A model generated the notes under the pieces. The model did not search any database. It was not told the origin of the DNA and saw only the letters and a list, made by a program, of their open reading frames with translations. Of a stretch of DNA of 64,000 bases, positions 1 to 10,969 are shown piece after piece; within the stretch, counting starts at the first letter, position 1; each line of letters opens with the position of its first letter. The stretch lies in NCBI GenBank assembly GCA_965214095.1, contig OZ243938.1:3136001-3200000 (forward strand). The letters are read 5' to 3'. A program made the translations under genes and the position numbers. The DNA comes from Candidatus Poribacteria bacterium (lineage in GTDB: Bacteria > Poribacteria > WGA-4E > WGA-3G).

Positions 1-59
1 GAGGAAGTGCAGTTGAGCCATGTTGAAAACATGACACAATTGTAGCAGAGGACTTTACA

Positions 60-2282
60 ATGTTGAAATTCCTTTATGCTAATAGACTTCTTGCAGGCGT
101 GTTGATGAGTGTCATTTTCATCGTTGTCGGTGGGGCATATTATCTTGAACACATTGATAACGAGAAAGCACTTGAAAAAGAACGTAACCTGCGTCTTGAC
201 TATGAACAGTGGTATTTACCTGAAGGTGCAAAAGCACGGATTGGCAGTGGCACAATCTCGACGATGCAATATTCTCCCGATGGCAATTTGATAGCCGTAG
301 TGAGTAGTATCGGTGTTTGGATTCTTGATGCACAGACAGCAGAAACGCGGCACTTACTTGCAGCGCATACCGGTATCATCAATAGCATCTCATTTAGTTC
401 TGATGGTCGCACCCTCGCCGTAGGAACTGAAAATGGGGAAGCGCAACTATGGGACACTTCCACCGGTGAACACCAAAAAACCTTTACAAGACGAGATTAT
501 TTTTTTGGTGTAGATACTGTTTTCATTGTGCCCGATGGGCACACCCTGGCAGTCATTTATGACTCAAGGGTTGACTTGTGGGATATAGCAACTGGACAGC
601 GAAAAAATACGTTAACAGCGGTGGGAAATGGAACGACCAACGAGGATGTCAACACCTCAAACATGTATATGAGTTTGGGAGGTTACAAAAACTCATTCAG
701 TTCGGATGGTAAAACAGTCGCAAGTGACAGCGGAGAGGACACCTTTCGTTTCTGGGATATTGCAACACGGAAAGAGATACGAACACTTAAGGCAGAACCT
801 TCAGGTCAGTATGGAGAGTTGCTATCCTATAGTTCAGATTTACAAACCGTGGCAATTGCAAGTGATAGTTATAAAGGACAAAGGCGTACCAAGATTTGGG
901 AGATTAATCTTTGGGATGTCAATACCCAAACACAGAAGAAAATATTTGAAACAGATAGTTTTTTTGGCATTCCGTTTTTAGTTTTCAGTCCAGATGGAAA
1001 CTTTATTGCCAGTCGCAGTTACGTTGATAAAGTAATTCGTATATGGGATGTCAACACAGGTAAAGAAAAGAAAAGGATTAAAGGAAACAAGATCGTAGTC
1101 TCGGCGGTTGCTTTCAGTCCAGATAACCGAACACTTGTTAGTGCTGGTTCTGATGAGACACTACGTTTTTGGGATGTTGACACCGGCAAAGAAAAGAAAA
1201 CAGTAACGGGGTATGGTGGTGCCATTGCGAAAGTATTACTAAGTGTTGATAGACAGACGCTTATGAGTTTAGGTCCTGGCAGGGCTATTCGTCTATGGAA
1301 TGCTAATACAGGGCAGCACGAAAAAAACTTCGTTGGTCATAAGTTGAATGTTTGGGACACTGTTTTAAGCCGAGATGGAAGAAGGCTTGCGAGTAGTTCT
1401 GTTCTCAAGAATATTATCTATCTTTGGGATATTAACACAGATGAACACAGTAAAATTAAATCACCTCACAGACGCGTTTCAGGTATTGAATTTAGTCGCG
1501 ATGGTCAAACACTCGCAAGTTGGGGGTCGTCTGGCAAACGTAAAGATATTATCCAGTTCTATGACGCAAATTCGGGAGGTATACAGCGAACCTTGCAGCT
1601 AACTTATAAAGATAGAGTTCGTATCCCAGAAGACACATATTTTGATAAGAATATGTTCGCAGGTATCGGAAAATTCGATCCAGATCTTTTTGTATGGGAT
1701 TTAGTTACAGGACATTACAATGTCACAGAGATGAGTGATAAAGAAATTAATATGGCACGGTTTAGTCCTGATGGACGAATGCTGGCGATTGTAGGTAAAA
1801 CGCTGTCTCAGAAGAAACCGAAAATGGAAAGAAAAATTGTGCTCTGGGATGTAAAGTCAGGAAAACATATCCGTACTCTAACAGGACATACGGATAAAAT
1901 TGTGAGTCTTGCTTTTAGTCCTGATGGTCAGACTCTCGCGAGTGGAAGCGTAAGTATAAGAACAGAGAAAACAATCCTTTTATGGGATATAGAAACAGGC
2001 AGCAGCAAAGATTTTACGGATCCAGACTGGACAGAAAGGCAGTATAAATACGAAGCCAAAGTCGCTTCGTCGCTTGCTTTCAGTCCTGATGGACAGGCTC
2101 TCGCAAGTGGAATGAAGTTGGGTGATATTCTCCTCTGGGAAACTGCGACTGGTGCGAAAAAGAAAACGCTTCGGGGACATAGTGAAAGCGTATCACACAT
2201 CTCCTTTGGTGCCGACGGACAAACGCTCATCAGTGCAAGCTATGATGGTACAATACTAATATGGGACCTAACACCTCCATAA
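60..2282 (+). CDS. Membrane-anchored WD40-repeat (beta-propeller) protein
   Basis: N-terminal hydrophobic helix, then many 'FSPDG...LASGS.D.TI.LWD' repeats. Confidence 0.9.
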   Translation: MLKFLYANRLLAGVLMSVIFIVVGGAYYLEHIDNEKALEKERNLRLDYEQWYLPEGAKARIGSGTISTMQYSPDGNLIAVVSSIGVWILDAQTAETRHLLAAHTGIINSISFSSDGRTLAVGTENGEAQLWDTSTGEHQKTFTRRDYFFGVDTVFIVPDGHTLAVIYDSRVDLWDIATGQRKNTLTAVGNGTTNEDVNTSNMYMSLGGYKNSFSSDGKTVASDSGEDTFRFWDIATRKEIRTLKAEPSGQYGELLSYSSDLQTVAIASDSYKGQRRTKIWEINLWDVNTQTQKKIFETDSFFGIPFLVFSPDGNFIASRSYVDKVIRIWDVNTGKEKKRIKGNKIVVSAVAFSPDNRTLVSAGSDETLRFWDVDTGKEKKTVTGYGGAIAKVLLSVDRQTLMSLGPGRAIRLWNANTGQHEKNFVGHKLNVWDTVLSRDGRRLASSSVLKNIIYLWDINTDEHSKIKSPHRRVSGIEFSRDGQTLASWGSSGKRKDIIQFYDANSGGIQRTLQLTYKDRVRIPEDTYFDKNMFAGIGKFDPDLFVWDLVTGHYNVTEMSDKEINMARFSPDGRMLAIVGKTLSQKKPKMERKIVLWDVKSGKHIRTLTGHTDKIVSLAFSPDGQTLASGSVSIRTEKTILLWDIETGSSKDFTDPDWTERQYKYEAKVASSLAFSPDGQALASGMKLGDILLWETATGAKKKTLRGHSESVSHISFGADGQTLISASYDGTILIWDLTPP

Positions 2283-2330
2283 TCTGATATAATAATCCAA
2301 AAAGTGCTAATAACTGCTAACCACTAAAAC

Positions 2331-3323
2331 ATGGAAAACTACGATTTAGACGCAATGAATGCCCGTATCCAGGAAGATAGCGGCCTAATCCAGCAAATTC
2401 TGGACGAAGCGGGTAAAATCATTGTCGGACAACGGAACCTACTTGAACGGTTAATAATTGGACTGCTCTGCAACGGACACATCTTACTTGAAGGTGTCCC
2501 CGGACTTGCCAAAACCACCGCCATTGCCTCACTCGCAAAAACCATCGATGCAACATACACCCGTTTCCAATTCACTCCCGATTTACTACCAGCAGACCTT
2601 GTTGGCACCCTAATTTATGACCAACAGAAAAGTGAATTCTATACCAGACAAGGTCCCATTTTCGCCAACGTTGTGCTTGCAGATGAGATAAACCGCGCAC
2701 CTGCCAAAGTGCAAAGTGCACTACTTGAAGCGATGCAGGAAAGACAAGTCACAATAGGTGGCACAACATATCCACTTGAAGAACCTTTCATCGTTTTAGC
2801 TACACAAAATCCAATTGAGCATGAAGGCACATACCCGCTACCCGAAGCACAAGTGGATAGATTCATGCTGAAAGTCAAAGTCAACTATCCATCCCATTCA
2901 GAGGAACTGCAAATCCTACGTCGAATGACAACTGAAGCGATTCAGGAGATACACCAAGTAATTACCTGTGATGATATTATCCGACTCCGAGAACTCACAC
3001 GTAACATCTATATGGCGGAACAGTTGGAGACATACATCGTAGATCTCGTATGTGCAACGCGTGCACCAGAAGTATACCAATTAGACGACTTGAGTCCGCT
3101 GATAGAATACGGCGCATCACCACGAGCAACGATTTTCCTTGCACTTGCAGCCAGAGCCCAGGCTTTCCTCTCTCAACGTGGATTTGTCACACCAGACGAC
3201 ATCCATGCAATCGGTATGGATGTGCTAAGACACCGTATCATCTTGAGTTACGAAGCTGAGGCAGAAGGTCTTGATACTGAAAACATTATCACGCAACTGT
3301 TTTCAAAAATTGAAGTTCCATAG
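2331..3323 (+). CDS. moxR: MoxR-family AAA+ ATPase
   Basis: Walker A GVPGLAKT, RFQFTPDLLPAD, LADEINRAPAKVQSALLEAM, ATQNPIEHEGTYPLPEAQVDRF. Confidence 0.93.
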   Translation: MENYDLDAMNARIQEDSGLIQQILDEAGKIIVGQRNLLERLIIGLLCNGHILLEGVPGLAKTTAIASLAKTIDATYTRFQFTPDLLPADLVGTLIYDQQKSEFYTRQGPIFANVVLADEINRAPAKVQSALLEAMQERQVTIGGTTYPLEEPFIVLATQNPIEHEGTYPLPEAQVDRFMLKVKVNYPSHSEELQILRRMTTEAIQEIHQVITCDDIIRLRELTRNIYMAEQLETYIVDLVCATRAPEVYQLDDLSPLIEYGASPRATIFLALAARAQAFLSQRGFVTPDDIHAIGMDVLRHRIILSYEAEAEGLDTENIITQLFSKIEVP

Positions 3324-3467
3324 CCCTTCTCCACGTCATCCATGTAAATCCTCGATTCAGAAACAAAACACGCGAAATTCGAGAATCTGAATATTAGATT
3401 GACAAGTCCTTCTTAACAAGAGTGAAACTTGACAATTGAACACCTATTGATAAAGGCAAGATTATAG

Positions 3468-3496
3468 TTGCATTTCTATGTACATTGTGATATACT
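3468..3496 (+). promoter_or_regulatory. Putative sigma70 promoter for rpsA
   Basis: TTGCAT-17 bp-TATACT about 100 bp upstream of the ATG. Confidence 0.55.
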
Positions 3497-3595
3497 ATTA
3501 AGCAACCGATTTGAAAGTGTCAGAAGCACTTCGCAACAAGGAGGAACTGGCTGACTTAACGCTGCCCTGCGTTTTGATGAGACCCAGGTATCTTA

Positions 3596-6097
3596 ATGAT
3601 TAACGAACACAACCATACAGACGAATCCACAGTTGATGTGGAAGAAGAAAAACAAGTTGATGATTCAACTGATATTACACCAAATGAAGCAGATGAAACA
3701 GAAGTAGAAAACAATGAAACTGAATCAGTTCCTGATGATCATGAAACAGAACAGACGGAACAAACAGATGAGGAAACTACAGAAACAGATATTGCAGATG
3801 ATGCAACCCAAGTCACTGAATCTGCCGAAGACCCAACCCCTGCCGAAACACATAGCGATACATCAGAGATAGAACACGAAGAAACTGCTGAAACCGTTGC
3901 AGCTGAAAGTGACAGCACGGAAACTGAATCTGAAGAAACAGCCGAAACTGTTGCAGACGAGACCGATGTCTCAGATGTGGAATCCGAAGATACTTCCCCG
4001 CCAACAGAACCTGAAGATGTGTCTGAACAGGAAGCACAGACTGAACAGGTTGAAAGCGAAACATCAGAACAACAAGTTGAAGCTATGAGTCAAGAATCTC
4101 TTGAGGAGGCTTATGACAACTCACTCAAAGCCTTTACTGATGGAGAAATTGTCAAAGGGAACGTCGTTGATGTCAGTCGTGATGAAGTTATGATTGATAT
4201 CGGTTTTAAATCAGAAGGTTATATACCTTCAGCTGAATTTCAATCTGATGAGAACGGATTACCAAATGTAAAAGTCGGTGATGAAATTGATGTATTCATT
4301 GTCCGCCGTGAAGACTCAGAAGGACAAATTGTTCTATCCAAGAAAATAGCTGATCAGACTTTAGTGTGGGATGAAATAACTCAGGCTTTTGAGGACGGTT
4401 CACCAGTAGACGGTCATATCACAGACAAACAAAAAGGCGGTCTACAAGTAACTGTCGGTACTTTACGTGCGTTCTTACCTGCATCTCAAGTTGACTTACG
4501 CCCCACCCAAGACCTTGACCAATTTGTCGGGGAGACCTTCCCGATGAAAATCATCAGTCTCAATAAACGGCGTAATAACATCGTTCTGTCAAGACGCGCA
4601 TGGCTTGAAGCTGAAATGGCTGAAAAGAGAGAAGAAGTCCTAAAATCGCTTGAGGTAGGACAACTTATTACCGGAGTAGTGAAAAACATTACTAATTTCG
4701 GTGCATTTGTTGACCTTGGCGGCGTAGATGGATTACTTCATAAAACCGATATGGCTTGGAAGCGCGTTCACCATCCATCAGAAATTGTTAATGTCGGTGA
4801 TGAAATTGAGGTACAAGTTATTGCGATTGGTGAAGAAAACGAGAAAATCTCATTAGGTCTAAAGCAGAAAACAAGCGATCCCTGGGAAAACGTTGAGGAA
4901 AAATATGTTATCGGTTCCAAAGTTTCTGGCAATGTCGTAAATATAGTGAATTACGGTGTTTTTGTCCAACTTGAAGAAGCTGTTGAAGGATTGATCCACG
5001 TTTCTGAAATGGCATGGACAAGACGCAACGTTGCTCCCTCTAGGATGGTTAGTAAAGGTACAGAAATTGAGGCGATCGTACTTGAAATCTCAAGAGAAGA
5101 AAAACGGATTTCATTAGGCATCAAACAATTACAACAAAATCCATGGGAACTCTTAGAACAAAAGTACCCAGTCGGCACAAAAATTACTGGACGCATTCGC
5201 AACCTGACCAATTTTGGCGCTTTTGTCGAAATTGAGGAAGGGATTGATGGATTAATTCATACCTCTGACCTGTCATGGACTGAAAGAACATCTAATCCAC
5301 AAGAGATGTTGAAGGAAGGGGATGAAGTAGAAGTAGTTGTCTTACAAATTGATGCCTCTGAACGACGCGTCTCATTGGGATTGAAGCAAACACAACCAGA
5401 TCCCTGGGATGAAGTACCTGAAAAATATAAGGTTGGTTCAATTGTTCGTGGAAAAGTTGTCAATTTGACAAGTTTTGGAGCATTTACCAAACTTGAAGAA
5501 GGGATTGATGGATTAATTCATATTTCTGAGATCGCTGATAGACGGATTGAAAGACCAGAAGAGGTCGTCAAAGTTGGTGATGAATTAGATGTTAAGGTCA
5601 TAAATCTTGATCCCAAGGGTAGACGAATTGGTTTGAGTCTGAAAGCAGCAACTGCAGACCAGGAACGGGCTTCTACACCCCCAGAAGAACGACAAGAAAG
5701 GCCAAGACGGGAACGTCCACCAAGACAACGCGAACCGAGACGTACAAGACCCGTTGAGCAAGAAGAAACCGTTATGGGCGCACTACTCAAAAGGGAAATC
5801 GGAAAGAGCAACGTTGAGAATCTAATGAATTCGCAGGAGATTGAAAGTCCTGAAGTGCCAGAAGATACGCCCCCTGAAGACACCGAGAAAGTTGAAGTTT
5901 CTGAGGAAACAGAGACTCCTGAGGAAACTACAACTTCTGAGGAAACAGAGACTCCTGAGGAAACAGAGACTCCTGAGGAAACAGAGACTCCTGAGGAGGA
6001 TACCGAAAACACTGAGACTTCTGAAGACACCACGGTTTCCGATGATACAGAAAATAACGACACTCCTGAAGAAACTAATAATCCTGAAGTTTCTTAG
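3596..6097 (+). CDS. rpsA: 30S ribosomal protein S1 with long acidic N- and C-terminal extensions
   Basis: Repeated S1 domains (DIGFKSEG, NFGAFVDLGGVDGLLH, FGAFVEIEEGIDGLIH, RRVSLGLKQ). Confidence 0.95.
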   Translation: MINEHNHTDESTVDVEEEKQVDDSTDITPNEADETEVENNETESVPDDHETEQTEQTDEETTETDIADDATQVTESAEDPTPAETHSDTSEIEHEETAETVAAESDSTETESEETAETVADETDVSDVESEDTSPPTEPEDVSEQEAQTEQVESETSEQQVEAMSQESLEEAYDNSLKAFTDGEIVKGNVVDVSRDEVMIDIGFKSEGYIPSAEFQSDENGLPNVKVGDEIDVFIVRREDSEGQIVLSKKIADQTLVWDEITQAFEDGSPVDGHITDKQKGGLQVTVGTLRAFLPASQVDLRPTQDLDQFVGETFPMKIISLNKRRNNIVLSRRAWLEAEMAEKREEVLKSLEVGQLITGVVKNITNFGAFVDLGGVDGLLHKTDMAWKRVHHPSEIVNVGDEIEVQVIAIGEENEKISLGLKQKTSDPWENVEEKYVIGSKVSGNVVNIVNYGVFVQLEEAVEGLIHVSEMAWTRRNVAPSRMVSKGTEIEAIVLEISREEKRISLGIKQLQQNPWELLEQKYPVGTKITGRIRNLTNFGAFVEIEEGIDGLIHTSDLSWTERTSNPQEMLKEGDEVEVVVLQIDASERRVSLGLKQTQPDPWDEVPEKYKVGSIVRGKVVNLTSFGAFTKLEEGIDGLIHISEIADRRIERPEEVVKVGDELDVKVINLDPKGRRIGLSLKAATADQERASTPPEERQERPRRERPPRQREPRRTRPVEQEETVMGALLKREIGKSNVENLMNSQEIESPEVPEDTPPEDTEKVEVSEETETPEETTTSEETETPEETETPEETETPEEDTENTETSEDTTVSDDTENNDTPEETNNPEVS
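5901..5997 (+). repeat. 18-bp coding tandem repeat CTGAGGAAACAGAGACTC, about 5.4 units (EETETP)
   Basis: Read directly; unit 2 is diverged. Confidence 0.9.
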
Positions 6098-6127
6098 GAA
6101 TTCCAAGGTAAATTGTTTTAGTTTGAT

Positions 6128-6553
6128 GCTCTTCCCATCAAATCCGCATGCTTTAGTTTGTCGGATGTAGATGGGTTTCATCGGTTTATTTATCAAAAGT
6201 TCCATGTGCAAGGGCATCACAGGCTGCCCAGCGAATGACAAAAGTGTAATAACCACATCGCAGTAACTACAAAGTTGGTGGATAGCGTCCATATCAAGCC
6301 AGCGCAGCAATGCGGACTGGAACACGTGAGCGGAGGTACCCCCTCCCGAAGTCTACGGACTTGCCGTGTGGCGTGCCTGGTAGAAAGGGCAGCTGTAAAA
6401 TGGGTGGAAACAGAGCCAACCCACGACATTGCGGAAAACAAATCAAACGGGCTGGCTTAGCAGCCCTAAGTGGAGCGGACAGAAGACGTAGCTCAGATTG
6501 GCAGTCTGCAAAGAAACACAAGCCTCAACCTTTAGGTTGTGGGTCACTATGAC
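6128..6553 (+). mobile_element. Non-autonomous IS200/IS605-type remnant (left hairpin, tnpB 3' tail/omegaRNA-like right end), possibly carrying a group II intron domain I fragment
   Basis: TTGAT at 6123-6127 then a CCCATC..ATCCG/CGGAT..GATGGG hairpin; right end AAGCCTCAACCTTTAGGTTGTGGG...TGAC; TnpB-tail-like peptide [23 protein letters not shown]. Confidence 0.55.
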
Positions 6554-6577
6554 AGATATGCTGACAGGAGAACAGAA

Positions 6578-7699
6578 TTGAGTCGTAACTTTTTGTTTTC
6601 GTCCGAATCGGTTACCGAAGGACATCCAGATAAAATCGCAGATCAGATTTCCGATGCTATCTTGGATGCCATTCTAACTGAAGATCCTTTTGGAAGAGTT
6701 GCATGTGAAACGCTCGTCACCACCGGACTTGCCGTTATTGCTGGTGAAATCACAACAATAGCTTCGCCAAATTTACAAGAAATTGCACGAGAAGTCATAG
6801 CAGATATTGGATATACTGATGCTAATTACGGGTTTGATGCACAACATAGTGCAATTCTAACCACCATAGACAGACAATCTCCTGATATCGCAATGGGTGT
6901 TAATCCAGGAGGTGCTGGTGACCAAGGATTAATGTTTGGTTATGCATGCACTGAAACACCCGAATTGATGCCTTTGCCAATAACGTTAGCTCACCAATTA
7001 ACCCAACGTTTGGCACACGTGCGCAAAAATGAAATCCTTGATTTCCTCCGACCTGATGGAAAATCCCAAGTCACAGTTGAATATATAGACAATAAACCTA
7101 CCAAAGTTACTACAATCGTCGTATCTTCACAACACGATCCTGATGTCACAGATTCTACTCTAAAAGAGGCAATAATTGATGAGGTAATCAAGAAGGTTAT
7201 CCCTGAAGACTTGATGAGTCCAGATGTTGTCTATCACATTAACCCAACTGGACGATTTGTAACTGGTGGACCACATGGAGATGCTGGAGTAACCGGTAGG
7301 AAAATTATTGTTGATACTTATGGCGGTATGGGACGACACGGGGGTGGTGCACTCTCTGGTAAAGACCCAACAAAAGTTGATAGGAGTGCTACTTACGCTG
7401 CACGTCATGCCGCAAAAAATCTTGTGGCGGCGGGATTAGCTGAACGATGTGAGATACAAATCGCTTATGCAATCGGACGTAAAGCACCAGTATCTGTAAT
7501 GGTGGATACATTCGGCACAGGGGATGACGATATGGCTTCTAAATTAGTCAATCAACATTTTGACCTAACCCCAGAGGGTATTATTGAAAGGTTGAAACTT
7601 CGTGAGCCAATATATAGAAATACCGCTGCTTATGGACATTTCGGACGGACTGATACCAGTTTCACATGGGAAAAAACCGATTACGTTGAAAAATTATAG
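6578..7699 (+). CDS. metK: S-adenosylmethionine synthetase
   Basis: [33 protein letters not shown]; TTG start at 6578 after CAGGAG. Confidence 0.97.
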   Translation: MSRNFLFSSESVTEGHPDKIADQISDAILDAILTEDPFGRVACETLVTTGLAVIAGEITTIASPNLQEIAREVIADIGYTDANYGFDAQHSAILTTIDRQSPDIAMGVNPGGAGDQGLMFGYACTETPELMPLPITLAHQLTQRLAHVRKNEILDFLRPDGKSQVTVEYIDNKPTKVTTIVVSSQHDPDVTDSTLKEAIIDEVIKKVIPEDLMSPDVVYHINPTGRFVTGGPHGDAGVTGRKIIVDTYGGMGRHGGGALSGKDPTKVDRSATYAARHAAKNLVAAGLAERCEIQIAYAIGRKAPVSVMVDTFGTGDDDMASKLVNQHFDLTPEGIIERLKLREPIYRNTAAYGHFGRTDTSFTWEKTDYVEKL

Positions 7700-7714
7700 G
7701 TGTGTAGGAGGACA

Positions 7715-8977
7715 ATGGACTACGATATTAAAACAACAGACCTCGCAGATGTAGGAAAACAACGGATTGATTGGGCAAACCGGTTTATGCCTGTCCTAAC
7801 ATCAATCCGAGAACGTTTTGAAACTGAAAAACCTTTGAAAGGGATCAAAGTTGCAGCGTGTCTACATGTTACAACAGAGACAGCAAATCTCATGCAGACT
7901 TTGCAGGCAGGTGGTGCAGAATTAGCGTTATGTGCGTCAAACCCACTTAGCACACAAGATGATGTCGCCGCTTCTCTCGTTGTAAATGATAACATTGCAG
8001 TGTTTGCAATTAACGGTGAAGATACTGAAACATACTATAAACACATCCAAGCTACACTCGCAACACAATCAAATATCACGATGGATGACGGTGCTGATTT
8101 AGTCTCACAACTACATTCAGAAGAGACAAATCCCGCACTCGTTGAACAAGTTATAGCCGGAACAGAAGAAACAACAACTGGTGTCATTAGGCTCAAAAGT
8201 ATGGCAGCAGAAGGTGTGTTGAAATACCCCATAATCGCTGTGAATGATGCAAATACAAAGCACTTTTTTGACAACCGCTACGGCACAGGACAAAGCACCT
8301 TAGACGGCATAATTCGAGCAACCAATCTACTCATCGCGGGAACAACCGTCGTTGTCGCAGGCTACGGTTGGTGTGGCAGAGGTGTCGCAAGTCGTGCACG
8401 CGGTTTAGGGGCAACCGTCATCGTAACCGAAGTAAATGCACTGAAAGCGTTAGAAGCAGTCATGGATGGCTTCAGAGTTATGCCGATGCAAAAGGCAGTT
8501 CAAGAAGCAGGCCTTGTCATAACACTAACAGGCGATATCCATGTTCTCCGTAAAGAACATTTTGAGGCAATGAAAGACGGTACAATTATCGCAAATTCTG
8601 GACATTTCAATGTAGAAATAGACATACCTACACTTGAAGAACTTGCAGTCGAAAAAGCAACCGCACGCGAATTTGTAGAATCCTATACACTCGCTGATGG
8701 ACGCACCCTTTATCTCATCGGAGAAGGACGGTTAGTCAACTTAGCATCCGCAGAGGGACATCCTGCCAGTGTTATGGACATGAGTTTTGCTAATCAAGCC
8801 TTATCCCTTGAATATATCGCCGAAAACCAACAGAAACTTGAAAACAAGGTATATGACGTTCCCGAATCTATTGACGACGAAGTAGCGAGGTTAAAGTTAG
8901 CAGCCTTCGGTGTGGAAATAGACACACTCACTGCTGAGCAAGAAAAATACCTAAATTCATGGGAAATGGGTACATAG
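7715..8977 (+). CDS. ahcY: Adenosylhomocysteinase
   Basis: [37 protein letters not shown]; ATG at 7715 after AGGAGG. Confidence 0.97.
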   Translation: MDYDIKTTDLADVGKQRIDWANRFMPVLTSIRERFETEKPLKGIKVAACLHVTTETANLMQTLQAGGAELALCASNPLSTQDDVAASLVVNDNIAVFAINGEDTETYYKHIQATLATQSNITMDDGADLVSQLHSEETNPALVEQVIAGTEETTTGVIRLKSMAAEGVLKYPIIAVNDANTKHFFDNRYGTGQSTLDGIIRATNLLIAGTTVVVAGYGWCGRGVASRARGLGATVIVTEVNALKALEAVMDGFRVMPMQKAVQEAGLVITLTGDIHVLRKEHFEAMKDGTIIANSGHFNVEIDIPTLEELAVEKATAREFVESYTLADGRTLYLIGEGRLVNLASAEGHPASVMDMSFANQALSLEYIAENQQKLENKVYDVPESIDDEVARLKLAAFGVEIDTLTAEQEKYLNSWEMGT

Positions 8978-9020
8978 TTTACGGTGAAATCTTAAGATTA
9001 ATAGGTATTTTTTTCCGACG

Positions 9021-9043
9021 GTAGGCGAGGTGTCCTAACCTCG
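9021..9043 (+). repeat. GTAG-type REP-like palindrome
   Basis: GTAGGCGAGGTGTCCTAACCTCG; near-identical copy at 41717-41740. Confidence 0.7.
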
Positions 9044-9086
9044 ATTTTCAGAAATACGCCATAGTTTAGATACCCACGATAAACCA

Positions 9087-9320
9087 ATGAAAAAGTATGA
9101 AATCTGGGAAAGCATAGTTATACTTCTTACAGCAATATTATTGCTACCATTTTGGTTGTCACGCACCGGCCAGGTTCAGTTCCCTCCTACCATTGCCACA
9201 ATACTTGAAATCTTAGTATATCCGCTTTTGGTTGTTCTAGTCGTAATTTTGTTGAGACGATTACGTCGTATCATCAAAGCATTTCGTGAAAACAAAAATC
9301 GTCCGGGTACTTTTTCATAA
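9087..9320 (+). CDS. Small two-TM membrane protein, unknown function
   Basis: Two hydrophobic segments and a basic C-terminus; co-oriented between ahcY and the kinase. Confidence 0.65.
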   Translation: MKKYEIWESIVILLTAILLLPFWLSRTGQVQFPPTIATILEILVYPLLVVLVVILLRRLRRIIKAFRENKNRPGTFS

Positions 9321-9412
9321 GACAACAAGCATGTGAACAACCTGTAGGCGCGCTAAATTATGGTATAAACAGATTTTATAGTCCAACAAATTATTGGGAC
9401 AATAGAGAAATC

Positions 9413-10318
9413 ATGGGAATTTTAGTCGTTGGAACAATCACATTAGATACAGTCCAAACACCAACGAAAAATGTTGAAGATGTCCTCGGTGGTTCTGGCA
9501 CTTATGCTGCTGTTGCCGCAAGTTTTTTCGGAAATCCTGTGCGTCTTATCGGCGTAGTCGGTGCAGATTTTCCTTCTTCCTATACAGATTTCCTGCAAAC
9601 ACGTGGGATAGACTTGGAAGGATTGACGCGCGTCCAAGAAGGTAAATCCTTTCGATGGGGTGGCAAATACACTGATGATTTCAATGTACGCGATACGCTC
9701 TTTACTGAATTAAACGTTGTCGCTGATTTCCATCCCGTTTTGCCTGATACTTACAAAGACTCCACATATCTCTTTTTAGCAAACGACCCACCCCAATTAC
9801 AACTGAGTATTATTGAACAGGTATCAAACCCCAAACTTGTTGTTTCAGATACAATGGATTTTTGGATTAATGAGGAACGAGAAGCGTTAGAAAAGACGAT
9901 AGAACGTGTTGACATCCTAATCCTAAACGACAGCGAAGCGAAATTGCTAACAGGTGAATCTAACCTTTTAAAAGCAGCCCGCGCAATTTTGTGCTATGGT
10001 CCCAATCGGGTGATAATCAAAAAGGGTGAACACGGTGCAATCAGCATCACAGAATCTTCATTCTTCAGTGCACCAGCATATCCGTTGACAGAAGTAACAG
10101 ACCCTACAGGTGCAGGAGATAGTTTCGCAGGAGGGTTTATAGGGTATCTTGCCTCTGTTGATGATATATCGGAAGGTTCAATCCGCAAAGCGATGATGTA
10201 TGGCACAGTAGTCGCCTCATTCAACATTGAAGATTTCAGTATCAATCGGCAAAAGTCTGTCCAATTCAGCGAAATAGAAGCACGGTATCAAGAACTTCAG
10301 GATGCTGTGCGGTTTTAA
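9413..10318 (+). CDS. PfkB-family sugar/nucleoside kinase
   Basis: LGGSGTY and DPTGAGDSFAGG signatures. Confidence 0.9.
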   Translation: MGILVVGTITLDTVQTPTKNVEDVLGGSGTYAAVAASFFGNPVRLIGVVGADFPSSYTDFLQTRGIDLEGLTRVQEGKSFRWGGKYTDDFNVRDTLFTELNVVADFHPVLPDTYKDSTYLFLANDPPQLQLSIIEQVSNPKLVVSDTMDFWINEEREALEKTIERVDILILNDSEAKLLTGESNLLKAARAILCYGPNRVIIKKGEHGAISITESSFFSAPAYPLTEVTDPTGAGDSFAGGFIGYLASVDDISEGSIRKAMMYGTVVASFNIEDFSINRQKSVQFSEIEARYQELQDAVRF

Positions 10319-10444
10319 GTTTAGTTAATTTAGTAGATAGGTTTGTGTTGTTATATTGACAAGTTGTTACTATTCCTTGAAACCATTTAGTCCATAGGGA
10401 CGATATGTGATATTATACCATTCCATTTAAGGAATTTCCTGTTC

Positions 10445-10466
10445 GTAGTCGCGCAATTCATTGCGC
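10445..10466 (+). repeat. GTAG-type REP-like palindrome
   Basis: GTAGTCGCGCAATTCATTGCGC; related copy starts at 17335. Confidence 0.65.
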
Positions 10467-10526
10467 CTCTTACATTTCAGTTAAAAGGTAAAGTCAATTA
10501 TAACATTGTTATTACATGGAAATGGG

Positions 10527-10883
10527 TTATGTCTCATCCCGAGATACTCTCTGAACTGCTCGGTTATATCTCTTAGGATCTTTGAAATACAACTTAGCAT
10601 TTGTCAACCACTCGCTTTAACAAAGCAAGGTTATCCTGCTCAATGTTCTCTACTTTCAACAGAGATCTAATCTTTTCTTCACGGAACACACCATATAACT
10701 GTCCTACGGCAGCATTCAGGAATGCTGCAGTCAATGCTGTGACGTTATGAAATGAGATTGATATTTTCTTGTCTGCTTTTAGTGCTAAAGCCACACGTTC
10801 ATAAACTTTTTGTCCATCACCAGAAGAAACACATAAAGGACTACCTACAACTTCAATAGGGATATTCTTATCACCTGTGGCAT
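10527..10883 (-). pseudogene. STAS-like (DUF4325-type) small protein with two frameshifts
   Basis: GGAG RBS + ATG MPQVIRISL / EVVGSPLCVSSGDGQKVYER..ISFHNVTALTAAFLNAAVGQLYG..KRVVD / NAKLYFKDP..; frame changes near both ends. Confidence 0.7.
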
Positions 10884-10969
10884 GGCAATCTCCCGTGATA
10901 TTTGTTTATGCATACAATTGATATAAATCCAAAACGTTGTGAAAAGACAATTAGTTTTTAAAGATTAGA

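Noticed and set aside
5518-6325. Repetitive alternative-frame ORFs over the rpsA 3' end
   Set aside because: Shadows of the 18-bp tandem repeat
6180-6540. SAM riboswitch upstream of metK
   Set aside because: TTATCAAAAG resembles the SAM-I start, but the GCAACC and GTGC core elements are not in place; a mobile-element remnant fits better
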